A stretch of DNA of 64,000 nucleotides from an uncultured Verrucomicrobiae bacterium (GCA_963769025.1 CAVYKI010000002.1:32001-96000), one strand, 5' to 3'; positions 45,570 to 55,963 are shown, counted from the first letter of the stretch. Notes: generated from the letters alone by a model not told the origin. Numbers and translations: made by a program.

Positions 45570-46391
45570 ATGAATATACCCAAGCCCATCATCGTCGGCG
45601 CGGTCCTCTACGATCCGAAGGTCTCGGTCATCTGGGACATCATCCGCGATTTCTTCGAGGCGAGCGGCTGCCCGATGGATGTCGTCTTCTACACGAACTA
45701 CGAATTGCAGGTGAAGGCGCTGCTCGACGGCCATCTCGACATCGCGTGGAATTCCCCGCTCGCGTGGCTCGATGCCCAGCGGCAATCCGGCAACCGCTGC
45801 CGTGCGATTGCCATGCGCGACACGGATCGGGATCGCGTGTCGCATTTTGTCGTGCGCACCGATGGCGACGTCCGCGAACTGGCTGACCTCCGCGGCAGGA
45901 CGATCGCCTGTGGTGCGAAGGACTCACCGCAGGCGACATTGATCCCTCTTGGCTTGTTGCAGCGCGAAGGCATGGAGCCGGGACGCGATTTCATCGTGCG
46001 CCGCTTCGATGTGCTCGTCGGCAAACACGGCGACCATATCGGCGGCGAGGGCGACGCTTTTCAATGTCTCGCCAGCGGCGAAGCGGCGGCGTGCGCGATG
46101 CTGGATCTGAATTGGGACGCTTGGACGAGGGACGGTCGCATCGACAGCCAGCGGTTCCGCATTCTCGCCACGACGGATCGTTTCGATCACTGCGTCTTCG
46201 CGGTGCGCGAAGACTTCGATGCCGGTGCCGAGCAGCGCTGGCTGAAAGTGCTGTTCTCAATGGACTACGAGAATCCGAAGCATCGCGAGATGATGGACAT
46301 GGAAGGTCTCAAGGAGTGGCTGCCGGGGCGCACGAGCGGATTCGGTCCGCTCGGCGAAGCGGTGGAGCGGCAGCACTTTTTCTCCGCGTGA
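45570..46391 (+). CDS. PhnD/SsuA-fold binding protein without a signal peptide
   Basis: LDIAWNSPLAW, DLRGRTIACGAKDSPQATLIP, GKHGDH. Confidence 0.8.
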   Translation: MNIPKPIIVGAVLYDPKVSVIWDIIRDFFEASGCPMDVVFYTNYELQVKALLDGHLDIAWNSPLAWLDAQRQSGNRCRAIAMRDTDRDRVSHFVVRTDGDVRELADLRGRTIACGAKDSPQATLIPLGLLQREGMEPGRDFIVRRFDVLVGKHGDHIGGEGDAFQCLASGEAAACAMLDLNWDAWTRDGRIDSQRFRILATTDRFDHCVFAVREDFDAGAEQRWLKVLFSMDYENPKHREMMDMEGLKEWLPGRTSGFGPLGEAVERQHFFSA

Positions 46392-47536
46392 ACGCGCTCC
46401 CGCTGTTTCCCGTCACCACGGTCGGGAGCTGGCCGCGCCCAGCGGAATTGCTGCGCGCGCAAAAGCTTTGTCGCGAGGGCCGCATGGCGAATGAGGAATT
46501 TCAGCGGCTCGCGGACGACGCGGTGCGCCACGCCGTGCAGCGGCAGGAGGAAGCGGGCGCGGACATCGTCACCGATGGCGAGCAGCGCCGGGATAATTTC
46601 GTCTCCTTCGTCGCGACGCGGTTAGACGGCACGCGGCTCATGACGCTCCTCGAAATGCTCGACATCATCGAGGACAAGGCGGGCTTTGAACGGCTGCTGC
46701 AGACGCTCGACGTGCCCGCATATTCCATCAGCAACGCCACATGCACCGGACGCGTCTCGCGCCGGCAATCGCTCGCCGCGGACGACGCGCGATTTTTACA
46801 AAGCGTGACGCGGAAGCCGATCAAAGTCGCGCTGCCCGGTCCCTACATCCTCACGCGCTCGATGTGGGTGAGGGAGGCCAGCGGCGCTGCCTATGCGAGC
46901 AAGGAGGAGCTCGGCGCGGATGTCGTGCGGGTGCTGCGCGAGGAGATTGCGGAACTTTTGCAAATGGGCGTGGACTTCATCCAGTTCGACGAGCCGGTGC
47001 TCACCGAACTGGTCTTCACGCAGGGACAGACGCGCACCTTCATGTGTGCCGCGCTCTCGTCGCGCAAGGATCCGGCGGCGGAACTCGACTTCGCCGTGCA
47101 ACTGCTGCGCCGTGTGGTCGAAGGTTTCAGCGGCACGCGGTTCGGGCTGCATGTGTGCCGCGGCAACTGGAGCCGCGACGAGTCCACGCTCTTGCGCGGC
47201 AGCTACGATGCGCTTGCGGCGACGCTGAACAAGATGCCCGTCCAGCAGCTGGTGCTCGAATATTCCACCGACCGCGCGGGCGATCTGATGCGGTTCGATG
47301 CGCCGGAACTCGGTCTCGGTGTGGCCAACCCGCGCTCGGATGAGATCGAGTGCTCCGACGAGATCGCGCGTCGCGTCGAGCGTGCGCTGAAGTTCTATCC
47401 GGCCGAGGCGATTTTTCTCAATCCGGACTGCGGCTTCTGCACGTTCGCAAACCGTCCCGTGGCGCACGATGACGTGGCAACGGCCAAGCTCAGCGCGATC
47501 GCGGAGGCCGCGCGAAAGCTGAGGGGAGAGCGTTGA
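46388..47536 (+). CDS. Cobalamin-independent methionine synthase II-family (single catalytic barrel) Zn enzyme
   Basis: VGSWPRP, DIVTDGEQRR, IQFDEP, LHVCRGN, NPDCGF. GTG start overlaps the upstream stop. Confidence 0.87.
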   Translation: MNALPLFPVTTVGSWPRPAELLRAQKLCREGRMANEEFQRLADDAVRHAVQRQEEAGADIVTDGEQRRDNFVSFVATRLDGTRLMTLLEMLDIIEDKAGFERLLQTLDVPAYSISNATCTGRVSRRQSLAADDARFLQSVTRKPIKVALPGPYILTRSMWVREASGAAYASKEELGADVVRVLREEIAELLQMGVDFIQFDEPVLTELVFTQGQTRTFMCAALSSRKDPAAELDFAVQLLRRVVEGFSGTRFGLHVCRGNWSRDESTLLRGSYDALAATLNKMPVQQLVLEYSTDRAGDLMRFDAPELGLGVANPRSDEIECSDEIARRVERALKFYPAEAIFLNPDCGFCTFANRPVAHDDVATAKLSAIAEAARKLRGER

Positions 47537-47638
47537 CGGGCGCGGCGGTCGCCGTCGAAAGCGGGAAACAATCTCAGGCAGGGCGTGTTTATTCCGTCAT
47601 ACAAAACGCCCGTGCACGCCACTAATCCCTAACGAGAC

Positions 47639-49235
47639 ATGAAATCACGCTTCTCCCGCTTCGCATTGCTTTCCCTTTCCGCACTACTCCTGCTCGGCCC
47701 TGTTGCGGGGCTTCGTTCGGCTTCTCCCGTGGAATCACCCGAGGCTCTGCGTCAGGAAATCGCCGCGATCCAGCCGCCAAAGCTCGTGTGGCGCGAGATC
47801 GACTGGAACTACTGCCTGCTCGACGGCATCGCGAAGGCGCGTGCGCAGAAGAAACCCATCCTGCTCTGGGCCTTCATCAATTCCGACCCTGCGGAAGAAC
47901 GCTGTTGAGTCTTCGCCGGTGCCGCCCGTGAGGCGGTCTTCTCCAACTCCGAAGTGATCCGCCGTGTACAAGACGGCTTCATCCCCGTCTCCGTCGCCGC
48001 TGGGCACATGACGCGCCCGGCTCCGGAACTCGAGAGGCAGCTCCTGAACGCGATCGGGAAATCCGGGCCCGCGCCGCAGGGCATCGCCGTGCTCAATTCC
48101 GACGGCCAAGTGCTCGACTGGGTGCTGACCTTCCGCGACGACCCCGCGGTGCTCGAAGTTTCTCGATCACGCGAACAAGCAATTCAGCGAGCATCCGGAT
48201 CGCAGCAAGCCGTTCCAGACCGAGCGGTATCAGCAGTTCCCCGAGCGGACGCGTGAGCCGATGGCGGCGCATGATCTCGTCGTCCCTGCCGGGGCAAAAC
48301 ACGGCCCGGACGATCGCTGCCCCGCCGATTCCGTCTATTCGGCGGGGACTGTGATTGCGAAGGTCGTAGGACGTCGCATCAACCCTGACGGAACGGTGAT
48401 GACGGGAGCCGTCAACCAGGAGGACTACGCGCAGGATCGTTTCATCATCGACCCCGCCCAGCAGGAGGAACTTGCCGACGCGCTCGCGAAGGCGAATGGC
48501 AAGCGCGCCATCGTGCCGAATGCAATCGCCACCGCGTGGACCACCTACGCCTACATGGGAATGCTCGATGTGCGTCCCGTGAAAAATCCCGCCGGGCTCA
48601 AGACGGAGCGCAGCGAGATCGAATTTTGGGCGGAGCCCGATGCGAAAAATCCCGGCTGGATTCGCATCGGCGGCCGCACCGATGTGCTCGTCGGCGACCC
48701 GGACAAGGGAGCGAGCCGCGCGAAGATGGGTAACAGCGTCAAGCTCGAGTGGACCGGCTTTGCGAAGCTCGAAAACCGTCGCATCACCAACCTGCTCCTC
48801 ACTGCGGATGGCGAGGAATCGCTGCGCTGGGGCACGACTGCGCCGATGGGGCAGTCCCAGCCGCAAGTCGGCAACCGCCCGCCAGAGGTCGCCGCCCTGC
48901 TCGGCGGACGCCCCATCCTGTGGAGCGGTCGCGTGCGTTACGGCATCATTGGCGAGCCTGCGAAGGCGGAGCAAATTTCCGCCACGGCCGTATCGTCGGC
49001 CAGCGGCGCGGGGGCCGGCGGGCAGGCTGCCATCCGAGACAAGATGCCGCGGCTCATGCAGCTCATGCAACGCGGCGGCGGGGCAGCGAGGGAGACCATC
49101 GGACCGATGATGCAGGAGTTTCAGAAACTGATGCGCGAACAGAAATTCGACGAAGCCTCGAAGCACCTGGACAAACTCCTCTCGCAACTCGATGCCGCCG
49201 CGGAAGCGCCTGCGAAGGAACCGGGGCCCCGTTGA
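47639..49235 (+). CDS. Secreted SelN-like thioredoxin-fold selenoprotein (U90 at TGA 47906-47908; +1 frameshift near 48155)
   Basis: Signal peptide, then WREIDW...GIAKARAQKKPILLW...EERC-TGA-VFAGAAREAVFSNSEVIRRVQDGFIPVSV in frame. Hairpin 12 nt downstream of the TGA. Confidence 0.78.
47921..47937 (+). promoter_or_regulatory. Putative bacterial SECIS
   Basis: GCCGCC-CGTGA-GGCGGT; the loop starts at +19 after UGA. Confidence 0.65.
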
Positions 49236-49321
49236 ATCGCGAAGGGGATATGCTCCGTGTCCATCGCGCTGACGAAGTTTCCTGTGCGCCGACGCTGTAT
49301 GTGCATCCCACCACTGCCAGC

Positions 49322-50524
49322 TCATTTCGATCCGTCGCCCGGCGGGCGGGTGAGTGATTCATCGAGCGGCGCGCCCGTGAGTGTCCGGAGGAATGCCTCC
49401 AGGTCCGCCTTTTCCTCCTCGGTGAAATGCCCCGTCTGGAGCGTTTCCTCGCGATGCCCGAAGACCGGCAGGCCCGGCAGGTCCGAGTAAAAATCGAGCA
49501 CATCGCGCAGCGTGGCGAAGCGGCCGTCGTGCATGTAGGGCGCGGTCTGTGCGACATTGCGCAGCGTGGGGGTCTTGAATTCGCCGAGATGGTTCGGCTT
49601 CACGACGAGGTAGCGGAGCTTGATGTTGGTCTCCGGGCTCCGGTCGTCGCTGAGCGTTCCGAGGCCGTTGAAGCGGTCATCGCGGACTTCGAGGATTCCT
49701 TCGAACCGTCCCTGATCGAATGCGGCAGGGAGACCGATGTTGTGGAATTCGCCGTCGGAAAAATTCGGCCCGGAATGGCACAGTACGCATCGACCGCGGC
49801 CGGTGAAGAGCGTGAGGCCACGTAGCGCCGCTTCGCTGATCCGCGCGGATGAGTCCGGCGCTTTCCCTTGCCGCAGTGCAGCGACGAACCGATCGAACAC
49901 CGAGCCCGTACTGATGATGCGGCGCTGATAGGCCTCGATCGCCTTGCCGAAGTTGGAGAGCAAACGATCCGCTGCGGGAGTGCGGGCTTTTGCATCCGCG
50001 GGCAGCGGGCCGAAGATCGCCTCGTATCCGGATTTCAACGCGCCGTCGCCGGAGAGGACTGCGAGAAGGTGTTCCGGCGAGGAGCCCATTTCCGCAGGGT
50101 GGAGCAGCGGATGCACGGCCTGCGCCCAGAGGGAATCCGCGCGCCCGTTCCAGAAAAACCAGCGCTGATGCGCGACGTTCCAGAGCGGCATCGCGTGGCG
50201 TTCGGTCACTCCAAGTCCGACGGAGAGCGGCTTCGGATCGGCGAAGCCGTGCGCGGGATTGTGGCAGGTGGCGCAGGAGATTTTGCCGTTCGCCGAGACG
50301 CGCGGGTCGAAGAAGAGGCGTTGGCCCAGCAGCGCCGCGGCGGGGTTGTCGGCGACGGCGTTGGTCGGGCTCGGAGGAGTGGCGGGCAGCGGTGAGAGCT
50401 TGAGGATCTCGCGCATCGCACCGGCGCTGAACTGCACGGGGACAACCTCCGGCTTCCGGTCGCATCCCGCACCGGAAGACACCGCCAGCCCGATGGCGAC
50501 GATTGCCAGGCTGCGCCCGGTCAT
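49322..50524 (-). CDS. Di-heme cytochrome c peroxidase/MauG-family lipoprotein
   Basis: LGQRLFFD, CATCH, FFWNGRAD, CVLCH, FKTPTLRNV...APYMHDG. Confidence 0.92.
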   Translation of the reverse strand: MTGRSLAIVAIGLAVSSGAGCDRKPEVVPVQFSAGAMREILKLSPLPATPPSPTNAVADNPAAALLGQRLFFDPRVSANGKISCATCHNPAHGFADPKPLSVGLGVTERHAMPLWNVAHQRWFFWNGRADSLWAQAVHPLLHPAEMGSSPEHLLAVLSGDGALKSGYEAIFGPLPADAKARTPAADRLLSNFGKAIEAYQRRIISTGSVFDRFVAALRQGKAPDSSARISEAALRGLTLFTGRGRCVLCHSGPNFSDGEFHNIGLPAAFDQGRFEGILEVRDDRFNGLGTLSDDRSPETNIKLRYLVVKPNHLGEFKTPTLRNVAQTAPYMHDGRFATLRDVLDFYSDLPGLPVFGHREETLQTGHFTEEEKADLEAFLRTLTGAPLDESLTRPPGDGSK

Positions 50525-50982
50525 TCGATCGAGACCGGAAAGAACGCCCGCTCCTTTGTGGTTCCCGCTGAAACCTCGACCATAATCGACCACTCGCCTG
50601 CCATGTGGAAGAGCATGCCGTTTGCGCGGTAGCGGTTTCCTCCCTCGTGGATGGTTTCCGGTTTGGTGTTCATCCCGTGGCCGTGGCTCGGCATGTCGGC
50701 GTCCACCGCGACGCTGTTCGGAGCGCCTGCACCGGCGCCCGCTTCGAGGACGACGCCGATCGAAAAATGTTTGTTCGTCGTGATGCCGCCGCCCTCGGGC
50801 TGGATCGTCACGGTGAAATTCCCGCCGTCAGTCTTGCGCTTGGCAGGCCAGATCGCGGGAGCGTTGGGAGCGCCCGGCGGTGGGAGTTGTGCCGTTTCGG
50901 AGGTTTTCTTGCAGCCTGCGCCAGTCGCTGCAATCAGGATGCTGAGGAAAGCCGGAAGGCAGGCGCGAAAGGTGGTTCTCAC
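50521..50982 (-). CDS. YtkA/FixH-like lipoprotein
   Basis: Lipobox GAGC, DADMPSHGHGM, FHMAGEW. Overlaps the peroxidase start by 4 nt. Confidence 0.8.
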   Translation of the reverse strand: MRTTFRACLPAFLSILIAATGAGCKKTSETAQLPPPGAPNAPAIWPAKRKTDGGNFTVTIQPEGGGITTNKHFSIGVVLEAGAGAGAPNSVAVDADMPSHGHGMNTKPETIHEGGNRYRANGMLFHMAGEWSIMVEVSAGTTKERAFFPVSIE

Positions 50983-51045
50983 GGTGTTGGAGAGGGACTG
51001 TTCGCAGGTATTGCCCGATGTCCAGACTCAGTGTTCCTCAGCAAT

Positions 51046-52573
51046 TCAGGATTTCTTGCCGGGGACTTTGCGCTGCGTGCGCTTCGCCCATTCCTCGTAG
51101 GCGGTCTTCAAGGTGCTGACCATTTCCGGATGCGCGGCTGCCACGTCCTTCATCTCGGTGCGATCACTTCCGAGATCGAAAAGATGCCATTCCTTCGCGC
51201 GGTTCAGCTTGTCCCACACCAGCTTCCAGTTTCCGCGACGGATGGCTGCGTTGCCGGACCATTCCCAGCATAGATCGCCCTCGCGTTCCGCAGCAGCGGT
51301 CCCGCGCAGCAGCGGCATCAGCGTGCGTCCTTCGAGCGGACGCGCGGTCTTTCCTTCGACCTTCAATTCGCCCTTCGCCCCGGCGAGTTCCAGGCACGTC
51401 GGCATTACATCGAGAATGTGCGCGACCACATCGCAGCGGCTGCCGGGGGCGATCTTGCCGGGCCAGCGCGCGATCATCGGCGTGCGAGATGCCGCCCTCG
51501 TTCACCCAGCTCTTGTAGCGGCGGAACGGCGTGTTCTGCGCCCAGCCCCACGACGGTCCGACGGCGGTGTAGGTGCTCGCAATTCCCGGCTGCTGCGACG
51601 GATCGCGCCCGCCGGGTTCCTCGGTGCAGCCGCCGTTGTCGGAGAAAAAGAGAATCAGCGTGTTGTCCGCCACGCCCGCTTCATCGAGCGCCTTCAGCAG
51701 CCGGCCGATGTTCTGGTCCATGCGATCCACCATCGCCGCATACGTCGCCATGCGCAGGTCCTCCCATTCCTGGTTCGCACCGCCCCACGCGTACGCCTGC
51801 GAATCCGTCTCCGAGAGCGCGGGCTGCGCGCTGAACAGATGCAAGTCCTGCTGCCGCTGGTAACGCTGCTTCCGCATTTCCTCCCAGCCCATGCGATACT
51901 TGCCGCGATACTTCGCGATGTCCTCCGGCGGCGCGTGCAGCGGATAGTGCGGGGCGGTGTAGGCGAGATGGAGAAAGAACGGCGTCTTCGCCTGCGCGGA
52001 ATCCTTCACCGCACTGATGGCGCGATCCGTGAACGCGTCGGTCGTGTAGAACCCCTCGGGGAATTCCGTGATCAGCCGGTCGTCCTCGCCGAAGACGCGC
52101 ACCTTGTTTCCCTTCGCTTCCGGGTCCGGTTGCGCGGGGTTGAAGAAATTGCAGCAGCCATCCATCAGCCCGTAGTAGAAATCGAAACCGCGATCGTGCG
52201 GGCGCTGCGGCGCCTTCGATCCGAGATGCCACTTGCCGCACAGCGCCGTCCGGTAGCCCTGCGCCCTCATCGCCTCGCCGATGGTCGGCATGTCCAGCGG
52301 GATGGACGATCCATTCCCGCGCGGATACATGCCGGAGAGCAGCGCCGCGCGCGTCGTCGTGCATTTGGCGTTGTTGTAGAATTGCGTGAACCGCATCCCT
52401 TCCTTCGCCATTCGGTCGAGATTCGGCGTGTGGATTTCGCCGCCGTAGCAGCCGATGTCGGAGAAGCCCATGTCATCCGCCATGATGACGATGACATTCG
52501 GCCTCGCCGCATCCGCGAGCGCAGGCAGCGCGCTGAGACCCAGCGCGAGGACGGTCAGGAAGTTGGTGATCAT
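51046..52573 (-). CDS. Arylsulfatase (FGly-dependent); frameshift near 51485
   Basis: PNVIVIMADDMG, CTTTRAALLSG, GKWHLG, APHYPL, SDNG. Confidence 0.9.
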
Positions 52574-52660
52574 GGGGGTGATGTTAGTACCTCCCTGCAA
52601 AAGGACGAATACGTTTTCGGCGATGTTTCCGCATGGCCGTGTTGAAACTATCGCGAGCAG

Positions 52661-52730
52661 GGGTCACGCAAAGGCGCGAAGGCGCGAAGAGTCCGGCATT
52701 CCTTTGCGCCTTCGCGCCTTTGCGTGATCC
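52661..52730. repeat. REP-like inverted repeat
   Basis: GGGTCACGCAAAGGCGCGAAGGCGCGAAG...CTTTGCGCCTTCGCGCCTTTGCGTGATCC: about 29-bp arms with 2 mismatches and an internal 8-nt AAGGCGCG repeat. Confidence 0.85.
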
Positions 52731-52802
52731 AAAAACTGCAACCCGGAGCGAAGCTCGGCATCATTTTGAGAAAGGAAAAAACCTTCTTCAGTCCGTCCGG
52801 TC

Positions 52803-53885
52803 CTACTTTTTGGCCTGGAGCTTTTGGATGAGGAACTCGCGCAGTCCGCCCTCGCCGTCCTGCGTCACCGTGCATTCCAAGCCGAACTTGGTCATCGCTT
52901 CCTTGAGCTTCTGCCCGAGCCGGATGTGATGCACCCACACGCCTGCATTCGTGGAGGCATCCACGGGCACATCGCCTTTGCCATAGACCATGAAGACCGG
53001 CACGTCGTCCGCCGTGAGATGAGTGATCGGCGAGGCGTCGTGCATCAGCTTCAGCACGCGCTCGGACTTCCAGTCCTCGGGCGATTTCACGGCGTAGAAA
53101 TCCGTGAGCGCCGGGTGCGGTTCGAGATTCGGCACGCCGAACCATTCGCTGAACGTCCGCATGTCGTAGGTGGACTGCCCGTTCGTCGTGCCCGCCGCGA
53201 CGAGGCGCGTGGACTGCCGCGCCATGGGATCGCTCGCATCCGGCTTCGCGAGGTCGTCGTGAAACGCGAGCCACAGCGAGATGCCCGCGCCCGCCGAGCC
53301 GCCGTAGCTCGCGACGCGCGTCGCATCGAGGTTCCACTCGCCGGCCTTGCTGCGGATCGTTTGCAGCGCGCGTGCGCAGTCCATCATTGCGATGGGATAC
53401 GGATTCTTGCCGCCCTGCGTGAGCCGGTAATTGAGCGAGGCAAATGAGATGCCCGCATCGAGGAACGGCTGCGCCGCCGACGCGGAAATATTCTTGTCGC
53501 CGCCGCGAAAACCGCCGCCATGGATGTGCAGGCACAAGGGCGTCGGCATGCCGTCCTTCGACTTGGCGAGCCAGATGTCGAAGACCTGCTGCGGGTCATC
53601 GCCGTAGGCGAAGTTCGCGTGCGTGGGCGCGAGTCTTCCGGCGTTGCCGCGCTTCGGCGCATCCGTCCGCTCGGGCCGTTTGCCATCCTGCTTCTGGCGA
53701 AATTCGCGCGCCTCCTCTGCCGTGAGTTTTCCATCCTTGTTCGCGTCGCTCCCGGGAAAGCGCTTGAGGAGCATCTCAAGCCGCTCTGCGCCCGGCTCGC
53801 GCGTGCGCCTTTCCTGCGCGGCGCCCCAGTCGGCGGAGAGAAGGGTGAGTGAAATGGCGAATGCAATTCGGGCGGGAGTCTTCAT
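52803..53885 (-). CDS. Secreted alpha/beta hydrolase (BD-FAE/HSL-like) with an EF-hand-like motif
   Basis: DANKDGKLT, IHGGGF, GGSAG. Confidence 0.88.
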   Translation of the reverse strand: MKTPARIAFAISLTLLSADWGAAQERRTREPGAERLEMLLKRFPGSDANKDGKLTAEEAREFRQKQDGKRPERTDAPKRGNAGRLAPTHANFAYGDDPQQVFDIWLAKSKDGMPTPLCLHIHGGGFRGGDKNISASAAQPFLDAGISFASLNYRLTQGGKNPYPIAMMDCARALQTIRSKAGEWNLDATRVASYGGSAGAGISLWLAFHDDLAKPDASDPMARQSTRLVAAGTTNGQSTYDMRTFSEWFGVPNLEPHPALTDFYAVKSPEDWKSERVLKLMHDASPITHLTADDVPVFMVYGKGDVPVDASTNAGVWVHHIRLGQKLKEAMTKFGLECTVTQDGEGGLREFLIQKLQAKK

Positions 53886-54004
53886 GGAGTGGAGGTCTGG
53901 AGGGTGTTATTGAAAAGCACCGGGGCGAGATTACGAAACCCCCTGGCGGGTCAAACGTCGCAACCATTTTGCGAAGCGAATGGCATGCGGCGAAAACAGC
54001 GACG

Positions 54005-55963
54005 TCATTCCTGACCTGATCCAACCAACGCTCCGACCTGCGCAGCCACGGCTTCGTCGAAGTTTTTCAGGGCCTCGCGGAGCTTCGCGGGATCGCTGCC
54101 AAGCCGCTTGAACAGGTCCTGCGCATAGGCGAAAGCCGACTGAAAACAACCGTCGCCATCGGCATCCAGCCAGATGGGATTCGTCGAGCCGATGACGCGC
54201 GGCACAAACGCTTTGCTGCTCGGCTGGTAGGGTCGCGGGATTTCCCAGAACGGCTCGGTGACGCCGGGGCCGGTCGCGATGACGACGAGATGGACATCGT
54301 GCGCGGGCTTCGGGATCTGCCAGGCGATGCGCGCTTTTTCACCGGCACGGTGGTCGTCCTGGATCTTCTGTTCGCGGATCATGATGCCATTGGCATAAAG
54401 CGCGACGTGATCCGCCTTCACCCACGAAGGACCGAGCACGGTGGCTTCCACTTTGATCGTATCGCCGAGGTCCGTGGCCAGATCGCCGACGGTGAAGCGA
54501 TCGTTCACGCGCAACTGCGCCAGCAGTCCGAGGCTGACGAGCAGGCGCCCCTCGCGATAGCTGCGCCACACTTCGTCGAGATCGAGATTCGCGGGATCGG
54601 CATCCTTCGCCGCCACGTAGGTGCGGCCCTGTCCGAGGATGAAACGGTTCACGTCATGGCTGTCGCTGGACGCGATGGCGGCGATGCGGTGGCCACGATT
54701 CAGCAGGGCAAACCAGTCGCGGTACAGCAGGTGAATGTCGGACTGCATCGCCGCGGAGGTGACGACCTCCATCGCATCGATGTCCAGCGCGGCGGCCTGG
54801 CGATGCTCGCCGGTCTTCGGTTTGAATTGCGTGCCGCCGAGCGGAATGAACCCGCTGTGCATGTCCCGCGGATGATTCAGCGTGATCACTTTCACGCCCG
54901 GCGTCGCGCGGATCGCCGGCAGCAGCTTCGTCCAGTCGTCGTCCATCTGGTTCACGACCTTCGCGCCGGGCTGGATGGGAAACGCATTGAAGTGGCCGTG
55001 CTTCGTCGTGACTTCGTTGCCGATGACCGGCGTGAATCGATCCGCCACGCCCGCGCTGGATGCGAACGGCGCGTAATCGGTGTGATGATTGTGATCGGTG
55101 GCGACGGCCAGCTCGATACCCTCGCCCGCAATCGTCAGCATGCGTTCCTCGATCTTCGCGTCGCCATGGCCGCTGTGGGTAAGCGTGTGGATGTGGCTGT
55201 CCGCCGCGATCCAGCCGTCCGTCGGTACTTCGCGGCGAAGCTTGAGCGCCACCGGCTTCGTTTCGCCGGCGGCGACATGGAGCGCCGTGCGCTCGACGCT
55301 CCACTCAAAACCGCGACCTGCGTGCAGGATGTAGTCTCCAGCGGGCAGTGACAACTGCGCCCTGCCATCGCGGGTGTAAACGACGCCGACACGCACTGCG
55401 ACATCGTGCACAGGTTCGGCGCGGAGCGGTTGCAAGGTGCCGTCCGTTCGGGTCAGCGTCAGACGGCATGGCATCGCCCTTCCAGTCGCGGCGTCCGACA
55501 CCGTCACTTCGATTTTCGCGCCGCTCAGCACTGCGCTCACCGGCTTCGCGGCAATGGCGATCGGCCCGATTTCGATGTCATCCAAGACGAGCGGCGGCTC
55601 GATGCTCAGCACATTTTCACCGTCGAGCAAAAGGCCCGGCGCGATCGGCAGGAGAATCTCCATCGCTGCTTCGGCTGTCACGAGCGTTCCGAGTTTCCGC
55701 CCGTTGAGCATCACCGGCCACGACAGTTTCACATCCCGCTGCCAGATGCTCAGCGTGTGCTCCACCGCATTCCGCTTCGCCTGAAACCGCAGCTCGATCC
55801 GCTCCGCATCCACGGCGCGATCCTTGAACGATTCCCATTCCCACTGTCCGGGTTTTCCAAGATGCAGACGGTTCGATTCCAGCACGGTCGCGGTGCCGGG
55901 GTCATCCGCGTGCAACGGCATTGCTGCGAGGACAAGCAGGCAGGGGAGGATCAGAAAATTCAT
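54005..55963 (-). CDS. Secreted PHP-type metallohydrolase (CehA/McbA-like)
   Basis: DSHIHT, ATDHN, GNEVT...GHFN, NHP, SSDSH. Confidence 0.82.
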   Translation of the reverse strand: MNFLILPCLLVLAAMPLHADDPGTATVLESNRLHLGKPGQWEWESFKDRAVDAERIELRFQAKRNAVEHTLSIWQRDVKLSWPVMLNGRKLGTLVTAEAAMEILLPIAPGLLLDGENVLSIEPPLVLDDIEIGPIAIAAKPVSAVLSGAKIEVTVSDAATGRAMPCRLTLTRTDGTLQPLRAEPVHDVAVRVGVVYTRDGRAQLSLPAGDYILHAGRGFEWSVERTALHVAAGETKPVALKLRREVPTDGWIAADSHIHTLTHSGHGDAKIEERMLTIAGEGIELAVATDHNHHTDYAPFASSAGVADRFTPVIGNEVTTKHGHFNAFPIQPGAKVVNQMDDDWTKLLPAIRATPGVKVITLNHPRDMHSGFIPLGGTQFKPKTGEHRQAAALDIDAMEVVTSAAMQSDIHLLYRDWFALLNRGHRIAAIASSDSHDVNRFILGQGRTYVAAKDADPANLDLDEVWRSYREGRLLVSLGLLAQLRVNDRFTVGDLATDLGDTIKVEATVLGPSWVKADHVALYANGIMIREQKIQDDHRAGEKARIAWQIPKPAHDVHLVVIATGPGVTEPFWEIPRPYQPSSKAFVPRVIGSTNPIWLDADGDGCFQSAFAYAQDLFKRLGSDPAKLREALKNFDEAVAAQVGALVGSGQE

